A stretch of 56,030 bases of DNA, taken from positions 1 through 56,030 of the IMG/VR virus record IMGVR_UViG_3300035703_000118; one strand, given 5' to 3'. The notes under the pieces were generated by a model. It made no database searches and was not told the origin of the DNA. It worked only from the letters and a program-made list of their open reading frames with translations. Origin of the DNA: a virus. Taxonomy: Duplodnaviria > Caudoviricetes. The translations under genes and the position numbers were made by a program. Below are positions 1 through 9,527 of the stretch, piece by piece (the stretch's first letter is position 1; each line of letters begins with the position of its first letter).

Positions 1-127
1 GGTAAGCTTCGACTGGGTTTGCCCTGAGCCTCTGCGCAGCCTTTGCAGTCGCTCCTCTGCCGTCAACCTTACCTTTTCTTTTCGCGGGTATCGCTCTCTC
101 ATGGTCGCAATTCTCTTTGCTTCGGAC
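1..127. repeat. Terminal direct repeat, copy 1 (circular assembly overlap)
   Basis: Bases 1-127 are identical to 55904-56030, and an ORF reads through the join. Confidence 0.95.
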
Positions 128-492
128 TCTGGGCTTCTTGCCCACCCGTAAGAACCATCGCCACCTGCCGTGCAGTTCAGGCCCTTGTTTTCGTGCCCAT
201 ATGTTCCCATCTTTTCAATCCAGTAGATTTCACGCTCGCAAAGTGCCTCCTGCCCCAGCGTTACTTCTTCAAGGATTTCTTGGATAATGTTGTCTTTGCC
301 GTGTTTTCTGATCCAATTGGAGACCGGAATGTTTCCACGCTTTGTTTCGGCATTGTGAATGTGACCAGCAAGCCGCGAGCGGGGCTTGGCGGATGTGGTC
401 TTGCCGACGTACCTGATTCCGTCTTCCGGGTGACAGGCGCATCTCAGGCCGTATATGAAACCGCCTTTTTCGTGCTTTAGGTATCCAGACAT
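1..492 (-). CDS. GIY-YIG homing endonuclease, 5' part (continues at 55903..55577; 272 aa in total)
   Basis: Manual translation from ATG 492 gives MSGYLKHEKGGFIYGLRC...RYVGKT...R...H...EREIYWI...GLNCTAGGDG, matching GIY-YIG motifs. It is in frame with ORF 55577..56005 across the overlap and is missed by the ORF track. Confidence 0.88.
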   Translation of the reverse strand, partial: MSGYLKHEKGGFIYGLRCACHPEDGIRYVGKTTSAKPRSRLAGHIHNAETKRGNIPVSNWIRKHGKDNIIQEILEEVTLGQEALCEREIYWIEKMGTYGHENKGLNCTAGGDGSYGWARSPESEAKRIATMRERYPRKEKVRLTAEERLQRLRRGSGQTQSKLT

Positions 493-542
493 AGTGCCAG
501 TGTAACACGCCTCAAAGCGATAAGTGATGCTTCTCCGCAAGA

Positions 543-577
543 GAAAAGCCCCCAGCAAGTGCCAGGGGCTTTTCTTT
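543..577 (-). terminator. Intrinsic terminator after the major capsid gene
   Basis: Inverted repeat GAAAAGCCCC...GGGGCTTTTC with A/T runs on both sides. Confidence 0.8.
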
Positions 578-585
578 GGGTTTAT

Positions 586-1740
586 TTAGACGCCAGTCCC
601 AAGACTGTACCCGCCCAAAACCGAGAACCAGGCGATACCCGCGACCGGCATCCGAAGACGCATGTCAATCGAGTCGTTCTGGAACGAACCCTCAAACGGC
701 GACACAGCCGAACCGCCCTGGAAGGTGCCCGTTGCGTTCTCAACCCGAATCTCAGGAGCCTCGTGCCCGCGAAGGCGACCAAGCTCAAGGAAGGGGCGAC
801 GCAGGCCACCCGGACGGGGGACAACGTACCATGCCGTGCCGGTGACGTACTCCGACTCGATAATCTCGATGTTGCCGAAGCCCTGATCCTGGGCGCTGAG
901 GATGAACGAACCGTCCTGCACCTGGATGATGGCCTGAGTCAACTCGAAGCGAGCCGAATCTCCGGCACCAATCGGAACGATGACAGCGTAGCCCGTGCTC
1001 GAACGACCAACGTAGCGGTTGTTGACCGTGCGCAGCGCCATCTGCTCAATCAGCAGGCTGAGCGCGTCGCGGCTGAACGGGGCGTTGGCGACAACCGAAG
1101 CACCCGAGTAGGTCGTACCAGCGTCAAGTTGCTCAGTTGCACCAAGCGCACCGATGAGGGCCGAGTAAACCTCGTACTCTTCGGTGTCGAGCGCCACGCG
1201 AAGCATCTCGCCCGGAAGGTCAGCGAAGAAGCCAGCGGCGTCCTCGTTGATTGACGCTTCCCACGAGTAGCCGGTCTTGAAACCGCGCTTCTTCAGACGA
1301 CCGTAAGCCGCCTCGACGCTGCCAACGGTCGCGTAGGGGTACGGCGCAAGCTCGGCAACGACAGGCGCAATGCCAGCCGGGTTGTCGGGGCCTGCATCGT
1401 CACGCTCAAGACCCTCGAACTCACCGAAGATGCCACGCAGGACAGCCGGACGGAAGTCGGGCAGAACGCGAACGCCAGCGATGCGGTTCCAAGTGCGGGG
1501 AAGCTCAAGGAACTGCGGAATGAACTGAATCTGCGCGAGGAACGCCGCGTTGAAGATGGCGTCCGACGTGGTCACCGTTTCAGCAAGCGTCGCGTTGGCG
1601 ATCTTGTCTCCACGGATTGCAGCCTCCATGAGCTGCTTAACCTTCGCAACCTTGGCCTTGGTAACACCAACACCGGGCTTTGCGTAACCGTCAAGGGTGA
1701 ACTTGTCCTTGAACTCAATCTTGCTCATAGTCTCACTCAT
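586..1740 (-). CDS. Major capsid protein
   Basis: ~384 aa; follows portal, protease and decoration genes; strong codon bias; followed by a terminator. Start is 1740 or 1728. Confidence 0.85.
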   Translation of the reverse strand: MSETMSKIEFKDKFTLDGYAKPGVGVTKAKVAKVKQLMEAAIRGDKIANATLAETVTTSDAIFNAAFLAQIQFIPQFLELPRTWNRIAGVRVLPDFRPAVLRGIFGEFEGLERDDAGPDNPAGIAPVVAELAPYPYATVGSVEAAYGRLKKRGFKTGYSWEASINEDAAGFFADLPGEMLRVALDTEEYEVYSALIGALGATEQLDAGTTYSGASVVANAPFSRDALSLLIEQMALRTVNNRYVGRSSTGYAVIVPIGAGDSARFELTQAIIQVQDGSFILSAQDQGFGNIEIIESEYVTGTAWYVVPRPGGLRRPFLELGRLRGHEAPEIRVENATGTFQGGSAVSPFEGSFQNDSIDMRLRMPVAGIAWFSVLGGYSLGTGV

Positions 1741-1741
1741 C

Positions 1742-2179
1742 TTAGGTCGCGTCCACGAAGTCGCCAATCCAGACCGAGCACTCCGTAGCCGAATCTTCGC
1801 CAATAAAGCGGTCGATTCGTCCGAACGGAGGGTTCGTGCTGGCAGTCAGCGTGAGGCTCGTCACCGTGTCGGTGGAGAGCACGGCGTAAACCGGCGTGTT
1901 GCGCACGGTTGAGGCCGAAGCACCCGTCACCGCAAAGCGGAAAGCGCCGTCGAGGGCAACAGTTGCCTGCGCCGCGTCGAGGCCAATTCCACCACTGGGG
2001 TAGGTGATTTCGTAAGGCCCGAAGGTCTCGGTGCGCTCAGCGTCGCCACGGTCGGTAAGGGCAACCGCAGGAATGCGACCGCTAGCCGAAGTGGAAACAA
2101 GAGGATCGCCCGAAACGACACCCGTAACAACGGGCCACACTTCGGTCTTCGTGTACTTGTGGGTCATGTTCAGTGCCAT
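1742..2179 (-). CDS. Capsid decoration/cement protein (DUF2190-like)
   Basis: 145 aa, G/V/T/A-rich (VVSGDPLV...VALTD...ATVALDGAF), between protease and capsid genes. Confidence 0.6.
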   Translation of the reverse strand: MALNMTHKYTKTEVWPVVTGVVSGDPLVSTSASGRIPAVALTDRGDAERTETFGPYEITYPSGGIGLDAAQATVALDGAFRFAVTGASASTVRNTPVYAVLSTDTVTSLTLTASTNPPFGRIDRFIGEDSATECSVWIGDFVDAT

Positions 2180-3096
2180 TAGAGTCGAACCCCCGCAACA
2201 GTCCAGTCTTCGGTCGAAGACGTGAAGCCACGCCCAACCTCAGACTCGTTCAGAACAGCCGACTTGGCCTCGTCGTAAACCTTTTTCGCCTGCTCGATGA
2301 GCGGTGCAACATCTGCACCACTACGCGCCTGCTCGATCAGCGACGCGCGCTGACTGGGCAGAAGCTCCACCGATTCGATCAGCGCACGCTTGGCGTCGAA
2401 AGCCGTAAGGGCCTCCGTCACAGCCGCGTCCAAAGCCTCGGCGTCAACCTTAGCTTGGGCCTCGACCTGCGTCTTGCCGTCGATCTTGGCAATAAGGGCT
2501 TCAACGAGGGTCTTGAGAGCGTTAAAGCCCTCAACGATTTCCTTGTTGTCCATTATTTCTTTCTCCGTGGACGCCGAGGTGACGCCAGGTTTTTCCGAAT
2601 CAAAACGTGCCGATTCGATAAGACTTTCGATTTGCTCCTGCAAACCAGAGCCTTCAAGGCCGGGTTCGGGAACGAGGTCAACGCTGTTAGCGCGGTGGTA
2701 TTCCATCGTCAGCACGTTGCCCTGGGCATCTTTGCTGCCAGAAACGCTGATACTGGCACCGGCAAGCGGCCCCAACTCATCCAGCACGTCGGCCCACTTT
2801 TTCGTGGCGGGCTGGAGGTCAGCGAAAAGCGCCGCCTCCTCCTCAACCCAATACGCGCCATCGGGGTAGGTACCCACAAGGTCGCGCAGGCTACGATCCT
2901 GCGGCTTGGCGTGTCCAAGAAACGCTTTCGTGCCAGCCGGAATAGCAATGGGGCCGTACTCGCGCAAAACGTCAGCAGAGTAGTAGCCGCTGGAACCCTG
3001 GCCGGGTGTGGCGATCTTTACGCGCCAACGCTTTCCGGCTTTAACCGGCGCGGTTGCGACTTCAGTAAGCATCTCCGACATGATACTCACAATCAT
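2179..3096 (-). CDS. Capsid maturation protease/scaffold fusion
   Basis: N-terminal GSSGYYS..VL, FLGH, ASISV and SVDLVPEPG motifs, then a helical Ala/Glu-rich C-terminal half; lies between portal and capsid. Confidence 0.75.
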   Translation of the reverse strand: MIVSIMSEMLTEVATAPVKAGKRWRVKIATPGQGSSGYYSADVLREYGPIAIPAGTKAFLGHAKPQDRSLRDLVGTYPDGAYWVEEEAALFADLQPATKKWADVLDELGPLAGASISVSGSKDAQGNVLTMEYHRANSVDLVPEPGLEGSGLQEQIESLIESARFDSEKPGVTSASTEKEIMDNKEIVEGFNALKTLVEALIAKIDGKTQVEAQAKVDAEALDAAVTEALTAFDAKRALIESVELLPSQRASLIEQARSGADVAPLIEQAKKVYDEAKSAVLNESEVGRGFTSSTEDWTVAGVRL

Positions 3097-3126
3097 ATCA
3101 CCAAGCCCGTAATGCTCAGTTTATGT

Positions 3127-4680
3127 CTACTCTTTTAGCGAGTTGGCAACTGCCTCAAACCGCTCCACCAATTCACGCATTTCATCTAAACGAAAACTTT
3201 GCAAAGCGTTCGACAGAATATCGGTTCGCATGTCATTAGCACCGACATCGTTACCGCCCGTGTTGTTGCCGCGCCCCTGATCGGGCGATGCGGCCTGGGT
3301 GTTTATGTCCGTGTCAACATCTTTACGCGGCAATGAAGCCGTGTTGTTCGGCAGCATGACGCCATCAGGAGCCTTGTCGTGCAGTGGTGCCACGTCGAGA
3401 ATGTCGAGGATGTTGGAGCGACCCTCGTCGGCGTGGAGCAGACCAGTGCCCCAGGCGATGATGGAGCGTTGCATTTCGCGGTACGGGTCAGGCTCTTGGA
3501 TGGGGTCAAACCACATCTTCGGAACCGGCATCGAGAAGGCGGAAAACACTTCGGCGTAAAACTCAACCCACTCATCTTGTCGGAAGCGCATGGCGTTGAT
3601 TGTGGACGGCGTAAGCGACTGCGCCGCACCATACGATGAGCCAGCCGCAGCAGAGTCCGACAGAAGCTCGATGTTGGGCACGTCCAGCGCCGCCGCCATC
3701 ATGGCCGCAACGGGGCGTGCTGAAGTGAAGTCGTAGCCTTTACCAGCAGTGTTGATCGCCTGGAGGTCTTGGCCGTCCGTCATCACCGCAGTCTGGCCGT
3801 GGCCGGTAGCGTTTTTCACCTTCGTGGATGTGGCGGTTGCCGCCTTGCCGCTCTTGGTGGTGATCTTGTACAGCATTTTCGACAGCGCCTCATTAACGAC
3901 GCGCCCGTAGCGCATAATCTCCGAATACGCTTCGTACCAGGGCAGTGCGGCAATCGAGTCTGGCAGGCCCATCGGCCAACCCGTTTGGCGGTTAAAACGC
4001 TTCACAACTGCCGTGACGTTAGCCGCAACCGGAACGCGCTCGTTGTTTACAGTGAGGCTCGTTTGGCGCGCACCCGTGAACTTATTGGTGTAGAACCACT
4101 CTTTACGCACCTTGCCAGATTCCGCAGCGGGCCACGTTCGCTGAATGGCCCAAATCTCGTCGGGGAAGTCGGGGTTAAACCGAATGTCGCTAACCTGCTC
4201 CAGCGGGAACGACCGCACTTCATCCAACGACGTGTAGCACAACGCAATCCGCACACCATCCGTGTACGCGCAACGCTCCATCTCAGAATGTGCCGACGCG
4301 CCAAACAGGTTGTCCTGGTTTACTTGCCGCTCATAGAAGCGCCGCAGACGGCTGGGAGCGCCAGCCTTCTTACTCGGCTCGACCCCTTCGATGTGGATGC
4401 CTTTCGCCCACACATACCCGCGCCGCAGGTTCACGCCACGCTGCATGAGGCTACCGCCCACCACGTAGGGGCGAATAGTCTCGGAAATGTCTTTCACTTC
4501 ATCGAGCGTCAGACCTTCAGAATGGTCATTGCCGAGCACGCCGGTAATCAGCGTCCAGCCGCGATCCTCGAATGCAAGAGAGCGCCGAACATTGTCAAGG
4601 CTTTCCCGCAAGTCTTCATTTTCGTTGCGCAAAGCCTCGAATTGTTCTTCGATTGCTTGGAAAGGCGTCGATTCAGGCAT
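3127..4680 (-). CDS. Portal protein
   Basis: ~517 aa directly after terL; GWPMGLPD..AA..W...Y motif typical of actinophage portals. Confidence 0.85.
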   Translation of the reverse strand: MPESTPFQAIEEQFEALRNENEDLRESLDNVRRSLAFEDRGWTLITGVLGNDHSEGLTLDEVKDISETIRPYVVGGSLMQRGVNLRRGYVWAKGIHIEGVEPSKKAGAPSRLRRFYERQVNQDNLFGASAHSEMERCAYTDGVRIALCYTSLDEVRSFPLEQVSDIRFNPDFPDEIWAIQRTWPAAESGKVRKEWFYTNKFTGARQTSLTVNNERVPVAANVTAVVKRFNRQTGWPMGLPDSIAALPWYEAYSEIMRYGRVVNEALSKMLYKITTKSGKAATATSTKVKNATGHGQTAVMTDGQDLQAINTAGKGYDFTSARPVAAMMAAALDVPNIELLSDSAAAGSSYGAAQSLTPSTINAMRFRQDEWVEFYAEVFSAFSMPVPKMWFDPIQEPDPYREMQRSIIAWGTGLLHADEGRSNILDILDVAPLHDKAPDGVMLPNNTASLPRKDVDTDINTQAASPDQGRGNNTGGNDVGANDMRTDILSNALQSFRLDEMRELVERFEAVANSLKE

Positions 4681-4699
4681 AAAACCCATTCTATCGCAC

Positions 4700-6322
4700 C
4701 TACATGGGCCAACCTTCAGAGGTGATTAGGTCGTGAAAACCAAAATCGGGGATTTCTTCAGGCTCAATGGCAACGACGCTACCGAGCCTTCCAATCTCAT
4801 CCCGCATGTCTTCGGGAATGTAAAACGAATACCAAGCCGCGTCAGCAAAGTCAGGAGACTTTTTGCCCTCTTTACGCATGTCGGATTTTGACTGAATCTT
4901 GATCCGGTTACGCGCATCGTATTCGTACTGGATGCTTCGCAACTGGTCGATGAAGTCTTCGTCGTCAATGTCGAGGTCAAGCAGTCCTTGGTGCGCTGCA
5001 ATCTTCATGTCGAAAAACGCTTCAGCGCGCGAATTGGTGTACGTCTTGTTTTCTCGCGCCGGATCGCCACCAGCCATCTTGTACAAGTCAAACGTCAAAT
5101 CCCTTGACGCCAAATCCTGAATAACCGCCATGCCAACGCCCGACGAGTCAACTTTCACAAACTGCCCACCGGTAGCCATCGCGAAGTCAATGATGCGGTC
5201 GGCGTTACTCGGATTATCCGGATTATGTCCCGCGAGCGGTGCGCCCTTCCAAATGGCGACACGCCGCACAATCCAGCCCTGCCTGCCCGTAGCAATGGCG
5301 GGCTTGCCGGTTTCGTCGTCAGTCTCCCACACCTCGCCCGACTGGCACGAGTAGATGGAACTAAAGTCACCCTTGTCGCTCCAAGCAATGTCAACGCCCA
5401 GGTGGATTGGCGCATCCGGGTCGGGTAGCACGTAGGCGTTTAGGCAGTTAGTGATGTCGCTTTCGCTGAACACCGTGTTGCCCGAATCGAAAGCCCACTG
5501 GCCGAGCACACGAGCAATGTAACGCGGGTCATCTTCGCCCCACTCTTCTTTGCGCTCGTTGATGTAGTTCCAGCCCGACATACCTTCAGCGCGTGCCGGG
5601 TCAAAGCCCGCCTCGCCCGTAACTAGCGGCGAGTCAAATACGCTAATGTGCATCCGGTTCCACGATTCGGTTTCTTTCACCCAAATCTTCGCCATCTCGC
5701 ACGTCGGGTCGGTCGGGTTGGCGATCAGCAACTGCCGGTTGTGGACACCTGTCGCAATATTTGCGAGTGCTCCAATCATGCCCGCATTCAAGCCCACCGC
5801 CTCGTCGCCAATAGCCAGCAGGTAGGTGGCGTGTACACCCTGGAACGCCACGTCCGACGCCTCGTTCGGCGGCTTGCGGCCCTGCCCAATCAGCACGCCC
5901 GAATCTGTTTTCCACTTCGAGTCGTTTGTCACGTACCCTGGCAACGGGTGGTCGGTCAAGCCTTCGTCGTAGCGCCGCTTAGCAAGCTCGTGGAACTTTT
6001 TGATGTTCGTCCACAAGATAGCGTTCACCTGGTCAACAGTCGGGGCGGTTGATGCCACAAACACTTCATCCAACGGGTGCGTGTCAATCCACCAGCACGC
6101 AGCAAGCGCCGCAATCCACGACTTGCCAACGCCGTGCCCAGCCGCCACCGCCGTCGCACGGTTGTCACGGATCGAGTACAGGATTTCTTTCTGCTTACTC
6201 CAAACCTGCAAGCCCATGAACTCTTCAGCCCACTTCACCGGGTCGTCGCGGTACGTCCATGCTTTAGAGCGTTGTTCGATGCGCCCAGAAGCGATCTGAG
6301 CAATGGCAGAATAACTACCCAT
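4700..6322 (-). CDS. terL: Terminase large subunit
   Basis: Q motif WSKQ, Walker A GHGVGKS, Walker B AIGDEA, motif III ANP, nuclease GVDIA and SPDFADA. Confidence 0.95.
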   Translation of the reverse strand: MGSYSAIAQIASGRIEQRSKAWTYRDDPVKWAEEFMGLQVWSKQKEILYSIRDNRATAVAAGHGVGKSWIAALAACWWIDTHPLDEVFVASTAPTVDQVNAILWTNIKKFHELAKRRYDEGLTDHPLPGYVTNDSKWKTDSGVLIGQGRKPPNEASDVAFQGVHATYLLAIGDEAVGLNAGMIGALANIATGVHNRQLLIANPTDPTCEMAKIWVKETESWNRMHISVFDSPLVTGEAGFDPARAEGMSGWNYINERKEEWGEDDPRYIARVLGQWAFDSGNTVFSESDITNCLNAYVLPDPDAPIHLGVDIAWSDKGDFSSIYSCQSGEVWETDDETGKPAIATGRQGWIVRRVAIWKGAPLAGHNPDNPSNADRIIDFAMATGGQFVKVDSSGVGMAVIQDLASRDLTFDLYKMAGGDPARENKTYTNSRAEAFFDMKIAAHQGLLDLDIDDEDFIDQLRSIQYEYDARNRIKIQSKSDMRKEGKKSPDFADAAWYSFYIPEDMRDEIGRLGSVVAIEPEEIPDFGFHDLITSEGWPM

Positions 6323-6830
6323 CCTCAGCATCCAATTCGGCGGCAATCGCTACAAGCGCCCCCCGGAACGTGTCTTCCACTTCGGCGCGCGGAACGCCCG
6401 ACTCTTCCAGGCGCTTCTCCAACTTGCCCAACGTGAAATAGAACGCCCGGTCAACAATGTCCATCAGCACTTTAGCCTGCGCGGCCTGCACCCGGTCAAT
6501 GTCGGCATCCACCTGCGCACGCTGCTTTTCCAGTTGCTCAAACACGAGTCGGATGGCATCAAGGTAGTTCTTCGTCTGGTGGGCGTCCTGACCGGATTCT
6601 GCACGGTCTTTCAACTTGCCCAAAAGGCCCTGAAGCGCGTGGAAACTCAGGCGGTACACCTGAAGCTCGCTAAGCCAGTCCAGGCTACCGGTGAGCCGGT
6701 CAATCTCCAGCGCGACGGAGGCTTCGGTGGTGTGAACTTCATCGGCAATCTCCGCAATGGTGAGGCCTTTGAACGCCAGGTCAAGGATGCGCTTATCTCG
6801 AATGCTCAAGCCCGTACCAGTAGATGCCAT
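6315..6830 (-). CDS. Probable terminase small subunit
   Basis: N-terminal HTH (GLTIAEIADEV) followed by helices; overlaps the terL start. Confidence 0.65.
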   Translation of the reverse strand: MASTGTGLSIRDKRILDLAFKGLTIAEIADEVHTTEASVALEIDRLTGSLDWLSELQVYRLSFHALQGLLGKLKDRAESGQDAHQTKNYLDAIRLVFEQLEKQRAQVDADIDRVQAAQAKVLMDIVDRAFYFTLGKLEKRLEESGVPRAEVEDTFRGALVAIAAELDAEDG

Positions 6831-6847
6831 AGTCAGGCCAGTCTAGC

Positions 6848-6885
6848 AAAAGAAACAGGCCCCCAACCGGTGAAGGTCAGGGGCC
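6848..6885 (-). terminator. Intrinsic terminator upstream of the terS promoter
   Basis: Minus-strand stem GGCCCCTGACC...GGTTGGGGGCC followed by TGTTTCTTTT; a TGCTAGACT extended -10 follows. Confidence 0.7.
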
Positions 6886-6925
6886 GTAGCGCCGTGGCGC
6901 GGAAACGACTTGTCTAGAGCCGGAA

Positions 6926-7168
6926 CTACTCTACCATCTCTGGAAGTTCAACCATTCCGCTCACGGCAAACTCAAACATGCGCTTCGGCTCGATAACTTC
7001 ACCGTCAATACTATGCTCATGCGTCCAAAGTGGCGTGATAAACACCTGCACATCCGGCCCAACCTTATCCATGTGGGCCATCACAAACACGAACGCATCC
7101 TGCACGCTCGGCACCACCTTAGCGTAGCGCGCCGTGTATTCGGTGGGGCTTTCCGACAACTGGATCAC
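6926..7168 (-). CDS. Hypothetical protein
   Basis: 80 aa in a tightly packed minus-strand operon. Confidence 0.65.
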   Translation of the reverse strand: MIQLSESPTEYTARYAKVVPSVQDAFVFVMAHMDKVGPDVQVFITPLWTHEHSIDGEVIEPKRMFEFAVSGMVELPEMVE

Positions 7169-7169
7169 T

Positions 7170-7400
7170 TTAGACTTCCGTTCGCTCTACAAAAACGTGA
7201 TCGACGTTGGGGCGGGCGCGCACATCCTCCACCAGCCGCTGCAAAATGGCAACATCGCCGGGGTTGGAAATCCACTCATTATCGACCGATTCGCCTTTAT
7301 TGATTGCTTTTGCAAGCCGATCAATCGCCGCCACGAGCGACCGGATGCTGTCACGCGACTGCCGATCCAGCGACACTTCTACGTTTTGTGCTTTAGCCAT
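7170..7400 (-). CDS. Hypothetical protein
   Basis: 76 aa, coupled to neighbours. Confidence 0.65.
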   Translation of the reverse strand: MAKAQNVEVSLDRQSRDSIRSLVAAIDRLAKAINKGESVDNEWISNPGDVAILQRLVEDVRARPNVDHVFVERTEV

Positions 7401-7653
7401 TAGAAACTTCCTTCACGTTCCAGGGCATTTCGTCGCGAGTTGCGCCAGCGGGAATATCCCAAAGCAAAGTCCACCCTTCGTTGCTCCATTCGTAAACCTG
7501 ACAGTCCCTAGGAATGCCTCTGCCATAATCGCGAAATAAAATAGCGTTCTTTGCCTGCCCAAGCCCGGTGTGAACCTTCTGAACCGGACGGCGGTCTGGA
7601 ATGACCGTTAGGTATGGAAACGACTTTACTGGCATCAACTTTGGTTGGCTCAC
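7393..7653 (-). CDS. Hypothetical protein
   Basis: 86 aa, GTGA overlap with GGAGG RBS. Confidence 0.7.
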   Translation of the reverse strand: MSQPKLMPVKSFPYLTVIPDRRPVQKVHTGLGQAKNAILFRDYGRGIPRDCQVYEWSNEGWTLLWDIPAGATRDEMPWNVKEVSNG

Positions 7654-7859
7654 TGCTCCTCCTTCATCTTCCTACGCGCCTCAAACGCTGCTTCAACAAC
7701 ATCGAGCGCATCGCCATCTTCGGTAACCTCAAAAAACACGCGCTCCTCGCCAGCAACATCAAGCGACCACACGTTCATGGCGGAACCCGCATCGTGTAAC
7801 GTAATCACAAGCTCGGTGGCCCCATAGGGGTCGTTGCCTTCCTGCATAAACACTTTCAC
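7650..7859 (-). CDS. Hypothetical protein
   Basis: 69 aa, ends EEQ at a junction linker. Confidence 0.65.
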   Translation of the reverse strand: MKVFMQEGNDPYGATELVITLHDAGSAMNVWSLDVAGEERVFFEVTEDGDALDVVEAAFEARRKMKEEQ

Positions 7860-8034
7860 GGCGCATCTTCCTCTTCTATGAAGTAGTTATGTGGATTTGG
7901 CTGTGATGCAACCCAAGCGTCAGCATCGTCACGCGCATCAAAAGTTCGGCACGGAACATAGCCGCAACAGTCGCACGCGCAGTCAATCGCGTATACGACG
8001 AAGATCACATCATCCATGCCCAAAACCTAGCACA

Positions 8035-8232
8035 TCAAACAACATCCGGCACTTCACGGTCAAACAGCCACCGGCCATCCTGCGTCTGGATTTGCAACCA
8101 AGAATCGCCCGCACCCTGCCTTTGTGGCTCTGCGGGCACCATCACGCAGTCGTGGCCTTTACGCCACACCAGCCAATCGCGGCGGGCACCACTAAACGAG
8201 CCACCACAACCGCAGGACTCAGAGGTTCTCAT
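8035..8232 (-). CDS. Small Cys-containing hypothetical protein
   Basis: 65 aa, ATGA overlap with the upstream gene. Confidence 0.55.
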   Translation of the reverse strand: MRTSESCGCGGSFSGARRDWLVWRKGHDCVMVPAEPQRQGAGDSWLQIQTQDGRWLFDREVPDVV

Positions 8233-8345
8233 AGCGGGTCATCGTCCTGGTCGGTGATTATCGCCAGCGCGATCACCAAGAAGCCGCCGATGAACATGCC
8301 GCCCAAGAGGCCGAAAACGAAGAACACCATAGGGTCATCACTCAT
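8229..8345 (-). CDS. Small membrane protein (38 aa)
   Basis: MSDDPMVFFVFGLLGGMFIGGFLVIALAIITDQDDDPL, one TM segment; fills the operon gap; below the ORF-track cutoff. Confidence 0.6.
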   Translation of the reverse strand: MSDDPMVFFVFGLLGGMFIGGFLVIALAIITDQDDDPL

Positions 8346-8496
8346 CCTCCACCCCCGTCACGTCAAACGCTTTGACATCCAACAAGTACTCGCGGCCTTC
8401 ATGCCAGAAAATAATCGACGCACCATTACGCTGCGCAATGCCCGACTGCTCAACCAAATCGCCGAAAGCAAACAAGGCTTGGATTTCTGCGCTCAC
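8338..8496 (-). CDS. Hypothetical protein
   Basis: 52 aa from GTG 8496 (GTGA overlap). Confidence 0.55.
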   Translation of the reverse strand: MSAEIQALFAFGDLVEQSGIAQRNGASIIFWHEGREYLLDVKAFDVTGVEDE

Positions 8497-8867
8497 AGTT
8501 TGATCCCTTCTGATAGGACTTCGTATTGCCAATCTTGCATTGCCGTGTTCGCGCAAACGTCACCATCACTGTTGCCCCACCACTTGCCTGAAACGTCCGA
8601 CACGAAAATATCCCGAGTGTCGCCGTAAAGGTTGAAACTGTCATTAGACGCAGTAACGCGAATCACCGCACCAACGCCAGTCGGAAGCTCGCGGATCGGG
8701 GTGACTTTTACCATGACACCGCGCTCCATGTATAGGTAGTCGGGGTGATCCGAGGGGGTGCCGTCTTTGTAATTCGAGAGTGACCCACCCAGCGACCACA
8801 TCACCGCCGATACCTCGTCCCCATCAGCATCGGTGAACTGCACCCGGACTTTTTGCCATTCAGTCAT
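8493..8867 (-). CDS. Hypothetical protein (C-terminus similar to 18171..18539)
   Basis: LPTGVGAVIR...W...VLSEG versus VPTKFGAVIR...W...VLFDG. Confidence 0.7.
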   Translation of the reverse strand: MTEWQKVRVQFTDADGDEVSAVMWSLGGSLSNYKDGTPSDHPDYLYMERGVMVKVTPIRELPTGVGAVIRVTASNDSFNLYGDTRDIFVSDVSGKWWGNSDGDVCANTAMQDWQYEVLSEGIKL

Positions 8868-8872
8868 TGCTA

Positions 8873-9046
8873 CTACTCCGCCTCATACGCGGCACCAGTG
8901 ATGCCTCCGGCGACGATAATGGCGATGATCCCGAGCACGCCCGTGTAGCCCCACTTCTCATCTTCCAGCCAAGCCCCAGCCGTGAACGCCGCCAGGGTGC
9001 CCACGATAAGCACCAGCGTCACGGTTGCCATGATTCTTGCAAACAT
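8873..9046 (-). CDS. Small two-TM membrane protein (57 aa)
   Basis: MFARIMATVTLVLIVGTLAAFTAGAWLEDEKWGYTGVLGIIAIIVAGGITGAAYEAE; TAATG coupling. Confidence 0.65.
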   Translation of the reverse strand: MFARIMATVTLVLIVGTLAAFTAGAWLEDEKWGYTGVLGIIAIIVAGGITGAAYEAE

Positions 9047-9285
9047 TACTGCTCCTCCCGAAACTTTTTAGCTATCTTCTTCTGCCGCCTACGAGCCAAA
9101 CGCTTAGCACCCGCCTTGGTCAGCCGTAGCCACGGTTCCGCATTTTCCGCGAAACTCCAAACCAGCGTGCCGAAGGTTCTGCCAATCGTGGCAACCTGGC
9201 CAGTGTTCACTTGCGCTTGCCATCGAACTTGGCCCATGTCATTGACCCACTTAATCGGCTCTGGTACATCTCGCCAATCAACCAT
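9046..9285 (-). CDS. Hypothetical basic protein
   Basis: 79 aa bounded by linker repeats. Confidence 0.7.
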   Translation of the reverse strand: MVDWRDVPEPIKWVNDMGQVRWQAQVNTGQVATIGRTFGTLVWSFAENAEPWLRLTKAGAKRLARRRQKKIAKKFREEQ

Positions 9286-9527
9286 TACTGCTCCTCCATC
9301 ATCTTTTCAATTCGCTCTTTCACTCCACCGGGGCCAGTCCACGTCACCGCAGGAGAAGCATCAACGGCGGTCACAATAGAAGCCACCAGTTCTTCCCGCG
9401 CCTCGCGGATCACTTCGGCAAGCCAGCGGTCGAACGCTTTAGCGTCAGCGGGGTCAGAGATTCCGCCGTCGTTGATCCAATGGCCGTCACGCACTTCTTC
9501 CGTTGTCGGCGTGTATTCGTCGGTCAT
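9285..9527 (-). CDS. YTPTxEEVR-family small protein (paralog of 21176 and 24579)
   Basis: MTDEYTPTTEEVR...AFDRWLAEV..EA. Confidence 0.75.
   Translation of the reverse strand: MTDEYTPTTEEVRDGHWINDGGISDPADAKAFDRWLAEVIREAREELVASIVTAVDASPAVTWTGPGGVKERIEKMMEEQ

Noticed and set aside
1-586. Group I intron housing the GIY-YIG gene
   Set aside because: Flanking genes are complete with their own stops, terminator and promoters; no intron core is visible.
559-6917. Long plus-strand ORFs (e.g. 559..1254, 2173..3138, 3769..4725)
   Set aside because: Antisense shadows of well-supported structural genes in GC-rich DNA.
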